This document shows positions 1 to 10,190 of a stretch of 64,000 bases of DNA, one piece after another. The DNA is from Methanotrichaceae archaeon (GTDB lineage: Archaea; Halobacteriota; Methanosarcinia; Methanotrichales; Methanotrichaceae): contig CAVVKN010000018.1 in NCBI GenBank assembly GCA_963748825.1, positions 32,001-96,000 on the forward strand. The letters run 5' to 3'. Both the position numbers and the translations under genes were made by a program. How positions within the stretch are numbered: position 1 is the first letter of the stretch; each line of letters starts with the position of its first letter. Under the pieces are notes generated by a model. It ran no database searches. It saw only the letters and a program-made list of their open reading frames with translations, and was not told the origin of the DNA.

Positions 1-5
1 CAAGC

Positions 6-1091
6 ATGGTTAAGGTAAAGCTAGTAAACAATACGCCTGGCCTTCCTTCAACTCGACCTCCAATAGGTCCTGCTGCTGCTCCTGCTGCTGCTCCTGCTGC
101 TGCTCCTGCTGCTGCTCCTACGGAAAAGATCTTTGGGCCATTCACTGGTGGCAATGACGGCCAAGGACTTTCCTCCAAGGATGACTTTATTGGAGGCAAA
201 GATCCGCAGACAGGCCTATACGCTCTTGATAAAGCGGACATATTTAATCTGCTTTGTATCCCACCTGATGGAAGGGAGACGGATGTTCCTGCTGAAGTAT
301 TTCAGGCTGCAGCCGAGTACTGTCATAAGCGAAGAGCTTTCCTGATAGTTGATCCTCAGAAGAGCTGGGGAAAACTCAGGGAGAAAGCCGTTAAAAACGC
401 CAAAGATGGGGTCAACGGAATGAATCTAGGGGGTGAGAATGGTAGCAATGCCGCGATATTCTTCCCATGTGTACTCCAGATGGACTCTTTGAGAGGGGAT
501 CAGATTGATACCTTTGTTCCTTGCGGCATTATTGCTGGCATCATGGCCAGAACCGATACCCAACGAGGAGTTTGGAAGGCTCCAGCTGGCCTAGATGCTA
601 GCATTAATGTAATCGCTGGCCTCCAAGTGGATCTAAATGATGATGAAAACGGAGATCTTAATCCACTGGGAATAAATTGCCTCAGAAATTTCGATGTCTA
701 TGGAAAGGTTGTTTGGGGAGCTAGGACATTGAGGGGAGCGGACCAATTGGCTAGCGAATGGAAATATATTCCTATAAGGCGCTTGGCTCTCTATATTGAA
801 GAAAGCCTTTATCGTGGGACAAAGTGGGTTGTCTTCGAGCCCAACGATGAGCCTCTTTGGGCTCAGATTCGCCTTAATGTAGGTGCTTTCATGCATGGCC
901 TCTTTCGTCAAGGTGCATTCCAGGGTACGACACCAAGAGATGCCTATTTCGTCAAATGCGATAATGAGACAACCACCCAGGACGATAGAAATCGCGGAAT
1001 TGTGAATATAGTCGTGGGCTTTGCACCTCTTAAACCTGCTGAGTTTGTTGTTATCAAGATCCAGCAGATTACAGGTCAGATAGAGACTTAG
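6..1091 (+). CDS. Contractile tail sheath protein, C-terminal part (eCIS); probably 5'-truncated by the window edge
   Basis: Sheath C-terminal motifs: GIMARTD..RGVWKAPAG, LNPLGINCLR, VVWGARTL, WKYIPIRRL, WVVFEPNDEPLWAQIR, VGFAPLKPAEFVVIKIQQ. The frame is open to the window start. Confidence 0.93.
   Translation: MVKVKLVNNTPGLPSTRPPIGPAAAPAAAPAAAPAAAPTEKIFGPFTGGNDGQGLSSKDDFIGGKDPQTGLYALDKADIFNLLCIPPDGRETDVPAEVFQAAAEYCHKRRAFLIVDPQKSWGKLREKAVKNAKDGVNGMNLGGENGSNAAIFFPCVLQMDSLRGDQIDTFVPCGIIAGIMARTDTQRGVWKAPAGLDASINVIAGLQVDLNDDENGDLNPLGINCLRNFDVYGKVVWGARTLRGADQLASEWKYIPIRRLALYIEESLYRGTKWVVFEPNDEPLWAQIRLNVGAFMHGLFRQGAFQGTTPRDAYFVKCDNETTTQDDRNRGIVNIVVGFAPLKPAEFVVIKIQQITGQIET
69..119 (+). repeat. 12-bp tandem repeat (CCTGCTGCTGCT)x4 plus CCT, encoding a PAAA linker in the sheath
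   Basis: Read directly from the sequence; translates as PAAAPAAAPAAAPAAAP. Confidence 0.95.
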
Positions 1092-1103
1092 GAGTGATAT
1101 GAA

Positions 1104-1637
1104 ATGGCACAGTTCAAAGTTAATACATATCGTTTTGATCCATATAAGAACTTTAAGTTCCTGGTCAAGTTCGAAGGTCAGACTGATCCCGTGGCTGGAA
1201 TGAGCAAGGTGAGTGGCCTAAAGCGAACTACCGAGGTTGTAAAGCATCGTGATGGCGGTGATCCAAGTTCAAGCCGAAAATCACCCGGCAGGACAGAGTA
1301 CGATCCCATCACTCTCGAGCGAGGAGTGACTCACGACACTGAATTCGAAAAGTGGGCAAACAAGGTCTGGAACTATGGAGCTGGCAGGGGCAACGAAGTA
1401 TCTTTAAAGGATTTCAGGAAGAATATACTGATAGAGGTCTTAAACGAGTCTGGACAGATCTCAATTAGATATAAAGTTTATCGATGTTGGGTATCGGAAT
1501 ATCAGGCTTTGTCGGATTTAGATGCTAATGCTAATGCTGTAGCGATACAGCATATCAAGCTTGAGAACGAGGGATGGGAAAGAGACCAAGAATTAACTGA
1601 ACCTACCGAGCCGAGCTTCTCTAATCCTGCAGAGTAG
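1104..1637 (+). CDS. Tail tube protein (T4 gp19-like, Afp1/Afp5 class)
   Basis: RFDPYKNFKFLV, VSGLKRTTEVV, RKSPGRTEYDPITLERGVT, AIQHIKLENEGWER; directly follows sheath; GGAG RBS. Confidence 0.92.
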   Translation: MAQFKVNTYRFDPYKNFKFLVKFEGQTDPVAGMSKVSGLKRTTEVVKHRDGGDPSSSRKSPGRTEYDPITLERGVTHDTEFEKWANKVWNYGAGRGNEVSLKDFRKNILIEVLNESGQISIRYKVYRCWVSEYQALSDLDANANAVAIQHIKLENEGWERDQELTEPTEPSFSNPAE

Positions 1638-1643
1638 TTGAGC

Positions 1644-2378
1644 ATGCAATCGATCTCAGCCTCTGAGCTGCTCGATATCTGGGAGAAAGGATCAGCTAAA
1701 GGGCCAATCCAAAGAGCAATTTTTCTTCTGATCGTAGCATTTCCTGAAAAACCCACCATTGAACTGGCTAATCTATGCATTGGCGAAAGGGATGCACACC
1801 TCTTAGCGTTACGTGAATATATATTTGGACCTATGCTAAATGGCTCTGCCGTTTGTCCTAAATGCGGAGAAAAAATAGAGTTCGACGTCGATGTGGATGC
1901 GTTAAAAGAAGCCTCTAGCGCAAAATCTTCTATAGACCTATCTATGGAATGCGGTGAATATAAGGTGTATTTCAGACTTCCAAACACCTTTGATCTTGAA
2001 GCCGTTTCAGTCTACCGGGAAATCGATTCAGCTAGAGACAACTTGCTTAAGCGTTGTTTATCGAAATCGTATCATAATGAGTGTGAGATACCTCTGGATA
2101 GCTTGCCGATTGAAGTTCTTGATTTAGTGGCTGCAGATATGAGCAAACTTGATCCACAGGGTGATTTGCTTTTTGAGCTTTCATGCCCTATTTGCGGCCA
2201 TAAATGGCAGGCTATCTTCGATATTGTATCATTTTTCTGGAGCGAGATAACCGCTTGGGCACAACGCATGCTTCGAGAGGTTCATGTTCTGGCCTCGGCT
2301 TACCGTTGGCGAGAGTCTGACATTTTGGCAATGAGCGCTTGGCGACGACAATCTTACTTGGAGATGTTAGGTACATGA
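1644..2378 (+). CDS. Conserved eCIS protein with two CxxC motifs (baseplate or tail-assembly associated)
   Basis: CPKCGE and CPICGH motifs; C-terminal LREVHVLASAYRWRESDILAMSAWRRQSYL as seen after tube genes in CIS loci. Confidence 0.7.
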   Translation: MQSISASELLDIWEKGSAKGPIQRAIFLLIVAFPEKPTIELANLCIGERDAHLLALREYIFGPMLNGSAVCPKCGEKIEFDVDVDALKEASSAKSSIDLSMECGEYKVYFRLPNTFDLEAVSVYREIDSARDNLLKRCLSKSYHNECEIPLDSLPIEVLDLVAADMSKLDPQGDLLFELSCPICGHKWQAIFDIVSFFWSEITAWAQRMLREVHVLASAYRWRESDILAMSAWRRQSYLEMLGT

Positions 2379-3388
2379 GAGATTACCTCAGCAACCTTGT
2401 CGGCAGAAGTTTAAACCTTGTTGATGTTGTAAGACCAAGGTTAATTTCAATGTTTGAACCGCCTGCTATCCAGGCGGATGGTACTTTTTTTTATGCATCT
2501 CGATCCTCCGGCGAAAGAAATGGTGAGCCAGAATCTGCAATCTCAAGCGTTAATCTTCGCCAGAATTATGGAGATCGCAAAAAGGGTATAAATACATCTG
2601 AGCTGATTACTGCCAAGAATGACTCAAAGATGTCTTTAGAAAATAAATTATCTGAGCCTCAACCAAGAGCTTTCGAAGATCAGCCGTTTGTTGAGGTGGC
2701 TTTGAATCCAATAGGATCTGCATACGAATTAAAGAGCATGGAAAGCAAGAATAATAATTTCTCTGATATAGTAAGATCAAATGAAAAAGCAATAAGAAAT
2801 GTAAAAAGTCAAGAACGCTCCAAAACAAAAAATTCTTTGATCAAGGACGAAAATATTCCAGAGCACCTAGGAATATTTAAAGGAGATGATTATTCTTATC
2901 GCATATCAAATGAAGATAGATCGCAGGAATTACAGGGGCTAGATATCCCTCGGATTGAGATTGAAGGAAGCAAATTAGAAAGACAAGATAAAGACTCAGA
3001 GGCAGAACATCGGCAATTCAAGGTGCCAAATGCTTCTCGAGACGCTAATAGTAACGAGAGAGAATACTTGGATGGCAAGAATGAGCGAATTGATCCGGTA
3101 TTAAAGATTCCCGATATCGAGACTGATTCTATCGTCAGCATTCGAATGCCTTTCCACATGAAAATGCAAACACAGAAGGCTATAAAAGAAAATATTCCTC
3201 AATCCATTTCTTCATACCAGGGATCAGGATTGCGGGAAATCTCTGATCCGGTGGTTCAAGTTACCATAGGTCGAATCGATGTGAAGGCAAATCAGCAACT
3301 GCCTAAATCCACTGCTAAACGTTCACCCTCTATTGCTCCAAGCTTGGACGAATATCTCAAGAGACGCGCTGATGGAGGTATTAGATGA
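2375..3388 (+). CDS. eCIS-associated hypothetical protein, low-complexity middle and conserved C-terminus
   Basis: ATGA overlap with the upstream gene; C-terminal VQVTIGRIDVKA...SLDEYLKRR motif typical upstream of DUF4255 genes. Confidence 0.65.
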   Translation: MRDYLSNLVGRSLNLVDVVRPRLISMFEPPAIQADGTFFYASRSSGERNGEPESAISSVNLRQNYGDRKKGINTSELITAKNDSKMSLENKLSEPQPRAFEDQPFVEVALNPIGSAYELKSMESKNNNFSDIVRSNEKAIRNVKSQERSKTKNSLIKDENIPEHLGIFKGDDYSYRISNEDRSQELQGLDIPRIEIEGSKLERQDKDSEAEHRQFKVPNASRDANSNEREYLDGKNERIDPVLKIPDIETDSIVSIRMPFHMKMQTQKAIKENIPQSISSYQGSGLREISDPVVQVTIGRIDVKANQQLPKSTAKRSPSIAPSLDEYLKRRADGGIR

Positions 3389-4608
3389 GCAATCCATTAG
3401 CAATTGCTGCTGTAACGGCCACTCTCCAAAACCTCTTTACAAAAGAGATTCATAAAGATAATGCACTTTCAGATGCCATAATCACAGTACAGTCTCCGGA
3501 TAGAGCCAGAGGCAGCAATACTGCGAATCAGTTGAATATATTCCTTTACCAAGTTGCATATGATGCGGCATTCCGCAATGCTGTTATGCCTGGTCGATTG
3601 AGGCCAGGGGAGACAGGCTATCCGCCATTATCTCTCAGCCTTTTTTATCTGATCACTGCTTACGGCCAGGACAACGATGACACTAATAGCCATCATTTGT
3701 TAAGCAAGGCGATGAGCATACTGCATGATCATCCTCTACTGGGTGCGGATGAAATCAGGGACTCTCTTCCCGGAAACGATCTCTATAAGCAGCTAGAACG
3801 CGTGCGTATTACACCTCAACCTATCACCCTTGATGAGATGTCCAAGCTCTGGATGACCTTTCAGACTCAGTATAGGATCTCAGCTGCTTATCACATCTCG
3901 GTTGTGCTCATTGATAGCACTAGGGCTGTGACAACTCCTTTGCCCGTAATTAACCGCGGAGATGAGGATCAAGGAGCTGATGTTCTCTCCGCTCCCTCCG
4001 CTATCATTGAATCTATTGAGCTACCTGGAATAAAACGAAGCGCAGAGCTAGGAGATGTCATTACTTTAAAAGGCCAGCGATTTGATGACCAGATGAAATT
4101 GTACATACTAAATCAGCACATGCACGGCCCTGAGGATGAACCGATGCGAGAGGTGATATTAGAGCAGGAGCCTGGGAGCACGGCCAAAGAGATTAAGGTC
4201 AAGATACCCGATGATTCAACTAATTGGTCCGCAGGACTCTATACAATCCATGCCGCATTAAGCCTCAAGGGTGATAGAAAACTGACCACGAATGAGCTGC
4301 CCTTATCCCTGGCTCCAACCATTCTCAATATCCAACCCCCTTCAGCAAAGAAAGGCGATGTAACTCTGACCCTGACTGTCAAGCCCGATGTTCGGCCTAA
4401 ACAAGAGGTTTACCTTCTCTTCGGAAGTGATCAGATAGCTTTAAAAAGCAATCCTGCATCCGATGAACTCGTCTTTTCCTTTAATACTGCTAAAACAGGC
4501 GATCACATAGTTCGATTGAGGATTGATGGCGTTGACAGCATTCCAATCGATCCCAAGGCCACGCCTCCGAAGTTCGATGACAAGCAAAAGGTGAATATCC
4601 ATGATTGA
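3385..4608 (+). CDS. DUF4255 (Pvc16/Afp16-like cap) protein with C-terminal Ig-like domains
   Basis: MSNPLAIAAVTATL, QLNIFLYQV, LSLFYLITAYG, LHDHPLL, YRISAAYHISVVLI; beta-rich C-terminus ending VRLRIDGVDS. Confidence 0.85.
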   Translation: MSNPLAIAAVTATLQNLFTKEIHKDNALSDAIITVQSPDRARGSNTANQLNIFLYQVAYDAAFRNAVMPGRLRPGETGYPPLSLSLFYLITAYGQDNDDTNSHHLLSKAMSILHDHPLLGADEIRDSLPGNDLYKQLERVRITPQPITLDEMSKLWMTFQTQYRISAAYHISVVLIDSTRAVTTPLPVINRGDEDQGADVLSAPSAIIESIELPGIKRSAELGDVITLKGQRFDDQMKLYILNQHMHGPEDEPMREVILEQEPGSTAKEIKVKIPDDSTNWSAGLYTIHAALSLKGDRKLTTNELPLSLAPTILNIQPPSAKKGDVTLTLTVKPDVRPKQEVYLLFGSDQIALKSNPASDELVFSFNTAKTGDHIVRLRIDGVDSIPIDPKATPPKFDDKQKVNIHD

Positions 4609-6796
4609 GGACGATAGCTGGTACCATAAGAATGACAGGTATCTCGCTATTTCCTTGGCATGGATTCGAAGGCGATTGGAAAGGCTTGCAGAGAGGAATG
4701 AAATTGACGATGCTGAGGGCCAAGAAGATCAGGAGCTTTCAGAGGTTTCTAGAAATGTAGATACGCCAGTTCAATCAGAGAAGGGTTCCTTTTGGAGTCG
4801 ATTGAATCTGAGATTTAATGATCCGACTGAATCAGACAATGACCTGGATAAAGATGCATCAGATGCATCTCATGCAGAAATAAGCGATACTTATGACAGG
4901 GCAATTGATGATCCGGCTCAGTATGATGATCAGGCTCGGGCAGAAAATGGATTGGATGCATTTGAAGCGGATGAGCGTCCGCCTAACCTGATAGTGCTTA
5001 GCCGTGCTTTAGGCCTCAATAGGTTTGAAAGGAATCTGCTTCTTCTCTGTGCGGCTATGGAGCTGGATACGAGGATTCCGGGTCTATGCGCCCGCGCCCA
5101 GGACGATCATAACCGTCCTTACCCTACCTTTGCCCTGGCCATGGCGCTTTTTGATGAGCAACCCCATGATTTGCTCTCCCCCTTGAGGCCACTAAGATAT
5201 TGGCGGCTGATTGAGATCAACCAGCCTCCCGCTTATCCTCTAAGCATCAGTCCCTTGCGAGCCGACGAGCGGATTGTCAACTATATCAAGGGGCTGAACT
5301 ATCTGGATGATAGGCTCGCATCCCTCTTGACCCTTATAAAAGTATCCAAAGAATCTTCGATTCTTCCAGATTCTCAGAGCAAGGCTGTGGAGTCAATAGT
5401 TCATAATCTCGGCTCGTCCGATTCCCATCCACCAGTTGTTCAATTGCTGGGAATAGATTGCTCGACCAAACAGATGATTGCGGGTTATGCTTCTCGTAAG
5501 CTAGGAAAGAAGCTCTATTATTTGCCAATACAGTTGATACCCCAGCAGGTGGGGGAGATGGAGACATTTTCCCGGCTCTGGCAGAGGGAATGTAACCTTC
5601 TTCCCATAGCCCTCTACCTGGATGTTCATGAGTTCGACCATGCTCAGATGAATGCACAAGCATCCTTTCTCAGTCGCTTTTTGGACACAAGCAGCGGCAT
5701 GTACTTCATGGATACTAGAGACAGATGGACGGAACTGATAAGAGAATCCATTGTGCTGGAGACCGCCAAGCCTATAACTTCCGAACAGCAGGCAGCCTGG
5801 TCAAATGCCCTTGGGCTAAAATCAGATGGAATTCCTGCCAGGCTCGCTTGCCAGTTCGACTTGAATCTCAGCACAATAAATCAGATAGCTCAAAGAGAAC
5901 TGCAGGAATCGGACGGCAGCACTCTTCCTCTCGAAGACAGGCTTTGGCGATCATGCAGAGAGAGTACACGGCCTACTCTTGATGGGCTGGCGCAGCCTCT
6001 CAAGCCCGTAGCAACCTGTAAGGATATTGTGCTGCCCAAGAAGGAGAAGGATTTGCTGGATCTGATAGCACGGCAGGTAAAATATCGCTGCAAGGTTTAT
6101 GATAAAGGGGGATTTAGGAAGAAGATGAATCGGGGCTTGGGAATAAGCGTGCTTTTCGCCGGGGATAGCGGAACTGGAAAGACCATGGCCGCTGAGGCAT
6201 TGGCCAATGAATTGGACCTTGACATTTTTAGAATAGACCTTTCTGCAGTGGTCAGCAAATATATCGGAGAGACAGAGAAAAACCTGCGCCGCCTCTTTGA
6301 TGCCTTTGAGGGAAGTGGCGCCATTCTATTCTTCGATGAGGCGGATGCCCTTTTTGGCAAACGCAGTGAGGTAAAAGATAGCCATGATAGATATGCCAAC
6401 ATTGAGATCAACTATCTGCTGCAACGCATAGAGGCCTATCGCGGTCTAGCCATATTAGCGACCAATATGAAGAATGCTCTAGACCCAGCATTCATGCGAA
6501 GGTTGCGATTCATAGTGAATTTTCCATTTCCTGGAAAAGATGATCGCCTCAAGATCTGGAAAACGGTATTTCCTGATGAGACGCTCAAAGAGAATTTGGA
6601 TTTTGAGAGACTGGCTAATTTCGCCATTACTGGAGGCAGCATTCACAACATAGCTCTAAATGCGGCGTTTTTGGCGGCTCCTGCCGGAGTGCCAGTGTCA
6701 ATGTCCATGATCATGGATTCAGCAAAGATCGAATTTCAGAAGATGGGGATACGCATCAACGAGGCTGAGTTCACCCTTCCAGGGAGCAAGAAATGA
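4601..6796 (+). CDS. eCIS AAA+ ATPase (Pvc15/Afp15-like)
   Basis: Walker A GDSGTGKT, IDLSAVVSKYIGETEKNL, Walker B ILFFDEAD, HDRYANIEINYLLQRIE, DPAFMRRLRF. Confidence 0.93.
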   Translation: MIEDDSWYHKNDRYLAISLAWIRRRLERLAERNEIDDAEGQEDQELSEVSRNVDTPVQSEKGSFWSRLNLRFNDPTESDNDLDKDASDASHAEISDTYDRAIDDPAQYDDQARAENGLDAFEADERPPNLIVLSRALGLNRFERNLLLLCAAMELDTRIPGLCARAQDDHNRPYPTFALAMALFDEQPHDLLSPLRPLRYWRLIEINQPPAYPLSISPLRADERIVNYIKGLNYLDDRLASLLTLIKVSKESSILPDSQSKAVESIVHNLGSSDSHPPVVQLLGIDCSTKQMIAGYASRKLGKKLYYLPIQLIPQQVGEMETFSRLWQRECNLLPIALYLDVHEFDHAQMNAQASFLSRFLDTSSGMYFMDTRDRWTELIRESIVLETAKPITSEQQAAWSNALGLKSDGIPARLACQFDLNLSTINQIAQRELQESDGSTLPLEDRLWRSCRESTRPTLDGLAQPLKPVATCKDIVLPKKEKDLLDLIARQVKYRCKVYDKGGFRKKMNRGLGISVLFAGDSGTGKTMAAEALANELDLDIFRIDLSAVVSKYIGETEKNLRRLFDAFEGSGAILFFDEADALFGKRSEVKDSHDRYANIEINYLLQRIEAYRGLAILATNMKNALDPAFMRRLRFIVNFPFPGKDDRLKIWKTVFPDETLKENLDFERLANFAITGGSIHNIALNAAFLAAPAGVPVSMSMIMDSAKIEFQKMGIRINEAEFTLPGSKK

Positions 6797-7050
6797 GGAT
6801 AAACTTGCATATCGAGAGGCTTATTCTTGACGGCTTGCCACTTGAGCCCGGCCAGGGGCGTGTCGTGAAAGCAGCGGTTGAGGCGGAGCTGACCCGGATG
6901 ATTGCAGGCCAGGGCATATCATCAGAACTGATGACGGGAGGAGCAGTCCCTTCGGTATCAGCGAATGGCATTCAAATTGCTCCGGGGGCCAAACCGGCCG
7001 TCATCGGCAGAGAAATTGCCAGGTCGGTTTATGGAGGATTGGGCAGATGA
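6793..7050 (+). CDS. Small conserved eCIS hypothetical protein
   Basis: MRINLHIERLILDG...IGREIARSVY; ATGA-coupled to both neighbours. Confidence 0.7.
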   Translation: MRINLHIERLILDGLPLEPGQGRVVKAAVEAELTRMIAGQGISSELMTGGAVPSVSANGIQIAPGAKPAVIGREIARSVYGGLGR

Positions 7051-8516
7051 GCTATGAATTATTTGATCAGGCTCGAAAATATTTGCCAACTTCATTCATC
7101 AGCGGCTTGCTTCCAAGAGAATGCGATAAATGCCACGAAAAGAAACCGGCCTTGCAGCGCTCAGCCATCAATTCAGCTCCGGGATCTGTTCCGCCAATAG
7201 TGCATGAAGTATTGCGCACGCCAGGCCAGCCGCTGGATTCAGATGTTCGTGCTTTCATGGAGCCGCGCTTTGGTCATGATTTCGGTCAGGTTCGCATACA
7301 CACCGATGACCGAGCCGCAAAATCGGCACAGGCGGCAAATGCACTAGCTTACACAGTGAGACATGACGTCGTTTTCGACACAGCGCATTACGCGCCGGGT
7401 ACTCTTCCTGGGCAGAGACTGCTGGCCCATGAGCTGACCCATTTGGTGCAGCAGTCGAAAGGGAATGTGACAGGGACGATGGGCAAGAGTTCACCGGAGA
7501 TCAGCTCTCCCAGCGATCCATTGGAACGAGAGGCAACAAGGATCTCAGGCAGCATTGTTTCATCCGGCGCAGGAACTACAGGCCTTGAGGCCATAGCGCC
7601 CAGAGAAGATATCTCTGCTGCATCCGGGACGCAACTGTTGCGCCAGGTTGCTCCAAGCAGCGCGGAAGATGTTGATCTGGAGCTGGCCATGCCTGCAAGT
7701 GCATCGATGGCAGGTTCATTAACGATTGATAGATTTGAGTTGGACAAGGCCATCCTCACAAAGGAGCATCTGGGAGCATTATCCCAGCATACGAAGAAGC
7801 TGCAGAAGATCCTCAAGAGATACCCTGATTCGTTTGCTTCGGTCGTGGGCCATACCGATGCTTCCGGAACTGAAGAGCATAATGAGAAGCTTGGGCAAGA
7901 ACGAGCTGATGCAGTCCGGTCGGAATTGATCGCCCAGGGAATTTCGGGGGAGATTTTGCGTGCGGCGAGCCTTGGGGAGCGCTCGCTAATCGTACCCACT
8001 AAGGCGCCGGAGCCACGCAACCGTCGAGTGGAAATCCTATTTCAGTCACGAAACTTCATGGCTGGAAGATTCGGGACCGCTCAGAGTCCACCAATGTCGC
8101 TCAGGATGAGAGAAGGAGAAACAACGACCCCAAAACTACCCCCATCACCGCCTAGATCAATTTTCGATATCCTTAAAATTCCAGATATCAAGAATGAACC
8201 TAAGAATTGGTTAGAAGAAGCTTTGAAGCAAGATCGGCTATTGCGAACGCTGCCACGATGGGCCCGCGATAAAGCGATTGATGCGTTAAAAGATGCGGAT
8301 GAGATGGCGGCTGATAAAATAATCGATGCTATGCCCTGGGGCGGCAAGGAAAAGGAGGCTGCGAAGGCGGCAATAAAATCAATTCTGCAACTGTTGAAGG
8401 GTAAACGCTTCAAAGAGCCAACACCACCACTTCATGAGATGCCGCCTTCAGCGTCTCCCAAGTTCCAAGAGATGCCGGGGCAAGTCATCATTCCACTCTG
8501 GGAGAAAAAGTGGTAG
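7047..8516 (+). CDS. DUF4157 (eCIS core domain) protein with OmpA-like C-terminal domain; putative effector 1
   Basis: GQPLD..RAFMEPRFGHDFGQVRIH...ALAYTV...LLAHELTHLVQQ (HExxH); OmpA-like VVGHTDASG..HNEKLGQERADAVR...RNRRVEI. Confidence 0.85.
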   Translation: MSYELFDQARKYLPTSFISGLLPRECDKCHEKKPALQRSAINSAPGSVPPIVHEVLRTPGQPLDSDVRAFMEPRFGHDFGQVRIHTDDRAAKSAQAANALAYTVRHDVVFDTAHYAPGTLPGQRLLAHELTHLVQQSKGNVTGTMGKSSPEISSPSDPLEREATRISGSIVSSGAGTTGLEAIAPREDISAASGTQLLRQVAPSSAEDVDLELAMPASASMAGSLTIDRFELDKAILTKEHLGALSQHTKKLQKILKRYPDSFASVVGHTDASGTEEHNEKLGQERADAVRSELIAQGISGEILRAASLGERSLIVPTKAPEPRNRRVEILFQSRNFMAGRFGTAQSPPMSLRMREGETTTPKLPPSPPRSIFDILKIPDIKNEPKNWLEEALKQDRLLRTLPRWARDKAIDALKDADEMAADKIIDAMPWGGKEKEAAKAAIKSILQLLKGKRFKEPTPPLHEMPPSASPKFQEMPGQVIIPLWEKKW

Positions 8517-8577
8517 CGAGCCAGAAAGGCCAATGAGATTAGCTGATCTAATAGACAAAGCAAGCTGAGATTATCAT

Positions 8578-10089
8578 ATGGGCAATCAATTAATGAATTC
8601 TACAAAGACAGCGAATACTTCATCTCTGAAGTCTGCGAGAGCCGGCCTGCTGCAGCGCCAGTGCGCCTGCGGACAGCATGCTATAGGCGGTGAGTGTAAA
8701 GAGTGCCATAAGAAGAAGGGCATTCTGCAGAGATCTGCTATCGACCCAGCTCCTAATTTAGTGCCGCCCTTAGTTCATGAGGTGCTCAGGTCACCGGGAC
8801 AGCCGCTGGATGCGACCACTCGCGCATTCATGGAGCCGCGATTCGGGCATGACTTCAGCAAGGTGCGAGTTCATGCAGATGCGAAGGCAGCAGAGTCGTC
8901 GCAGGCTGTGAATGCATTAGCCTATACGGTAGCATCGAATGTGGTGTTTGGAGCTATGCAATATGCACCAAAGACAAAGGAAGGGCAGCGATTGATGGCG
9001 CACGAACTGACACATGTGGTGCAACAGGGCTCCGCACCTTCTTCGGCCTTTGCGCATGTTTCCTTGGCATATGACACCCATGAAAAGGATGCGGATGCCA
9101 TAGCTGGACAAGTACTTCTGGGCCATCCCCTTGCAGCGACTACTGCAAAGTTAAATGATCATGCCCTCCAACGTCAGGCCGTTCCCGGCGGCGGAGCAAC
9201 GCCAGGAACCGGTGTGGGGCTTGATTTAATCTTCATAATCAAAGCGCATAATGATCCATATACCTCTGATGTAACGAATTATGTCAAGACCGTGCTACAA
9301 GGTCAACATTACGAGGAAGTTGATAATCTAGACCAAATTTTTAGTAGGTTGGATAATTTGAGCCGCCCCCAAGGGATTGCTCCAATAGTTGAGGGGCTGA
9401 AACCTCCAAAGGGGACAAAGCCCTACAGTCCAAAGCAAATAGTACGTCGTATCCGGATTGTAGCTCACGGCAGCACTACTGGCGGTGTCAAGATGAAGCC
9501 CGCTGGAGAGAAAAAGCGGCGCTGGTTTACTCCTTCTGAAATAAAAAGCTATGCCAGCAAGCCTAATAATCAAGTGACCATTAAGAGAGTGATGACACCT
9601 GGGGCAGTAGTCGAATTCTGGGGGTGCAATATCGGAAACGTGCCTGAAGCAGGGAGGGCATGGTCGAGCCTGTTCGGTTCGAAGTTCAAAGCAACCACGG
9701 AAACCTTTAAAACCGAGCATGGTAGGTATTATCGTCCCGCTGCTAGGGGTGAAAGGGGTCAAACCATCCCCAATCAAAAAGGCACATGGATTAGGGTCAC
9801 GAGGACGAGCGATGTGGACAAACGTAACAGGGGGCTCCAAGATCACTTCCGGCAATGGCTGTTACAAACTTATGGTGAGCTTGTTCAAAACGGTGATATT
9901 CTTCCCATAAAAGATCAGGCCGAGCAGCTACAGTATATGCGTGACTTGTTCGACCGTTCAGATGGCGATATAATTCACATCATCGTTATGAAGAAATCGG
10001 ACAGAAGCCTTGTTCGGCCTGGTGATCAATCTAGCTGGGCAAAACTATGGGTTGAGTTCCCTCCACTCAACATCGGGGCCAATCCTTGA
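8578..10089 (+). CDS. DUF4157 protein with His/Cys protease-like (DUF4347/C80-like) C-terminal domain; putative effector 2
   Basis: DUF4157 with LMAHELTHVVQQ; C-terminal RIRIVAHGS...VVEFWGCNIG. Confidence 0.78.
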   Translation: MGNQLMNSTKTANTSSLKSARAGLLQRQCACGQHAIGGECKECHKKKGILQRSAIDPAPNLVPPLVHEVLRSPGQPLDATTRAFMEPRFGHDFSKVRVHADAKAAESSQAVNALAYTVASNVVFGAMQYAPKTKEGQRLMAHELTHVVQQGSAPSSAFAHVSLAYDTHEKDADAIAGQVLLGHPLAATTAKLNDHALQRQAVPGGGATPGTGVGLDLIFIIKAHNDPYTSDVTNYVKTVLQGQHYEEVDNLDQIFSRLDNLSRPQGIAPIVEGLKPPKGTKPYSPKQIVRRIRIVAHGSTTGGVKMKPAGEKKRRWFTPSEIKSYASKPNNQVTIKRVMTPGAVVEFWGCNIGNVPEAGRAWSSLFGSKFKATTETFKTEHGRYYRPAARGERGQTIPNQKGTWIRVTRTSDVDKRNRGLQDHFRQWLLQTYGELVQNGDILPIKDQAEQLQYMRDLFDRSDGDIIHIIVMKKSDRSLVRPGDQSSWAKLWVEFPPLNIGANP

Positions 10090-10190
10090 CGGTTAAAGAG
10101 CCATCCACTAGAATCATGAGCTTAATGCAGATTTCTATATTTTTCTAGTTTGAAATTTAGGAGATTATATAATTAGCTGGAGATTCTCTG

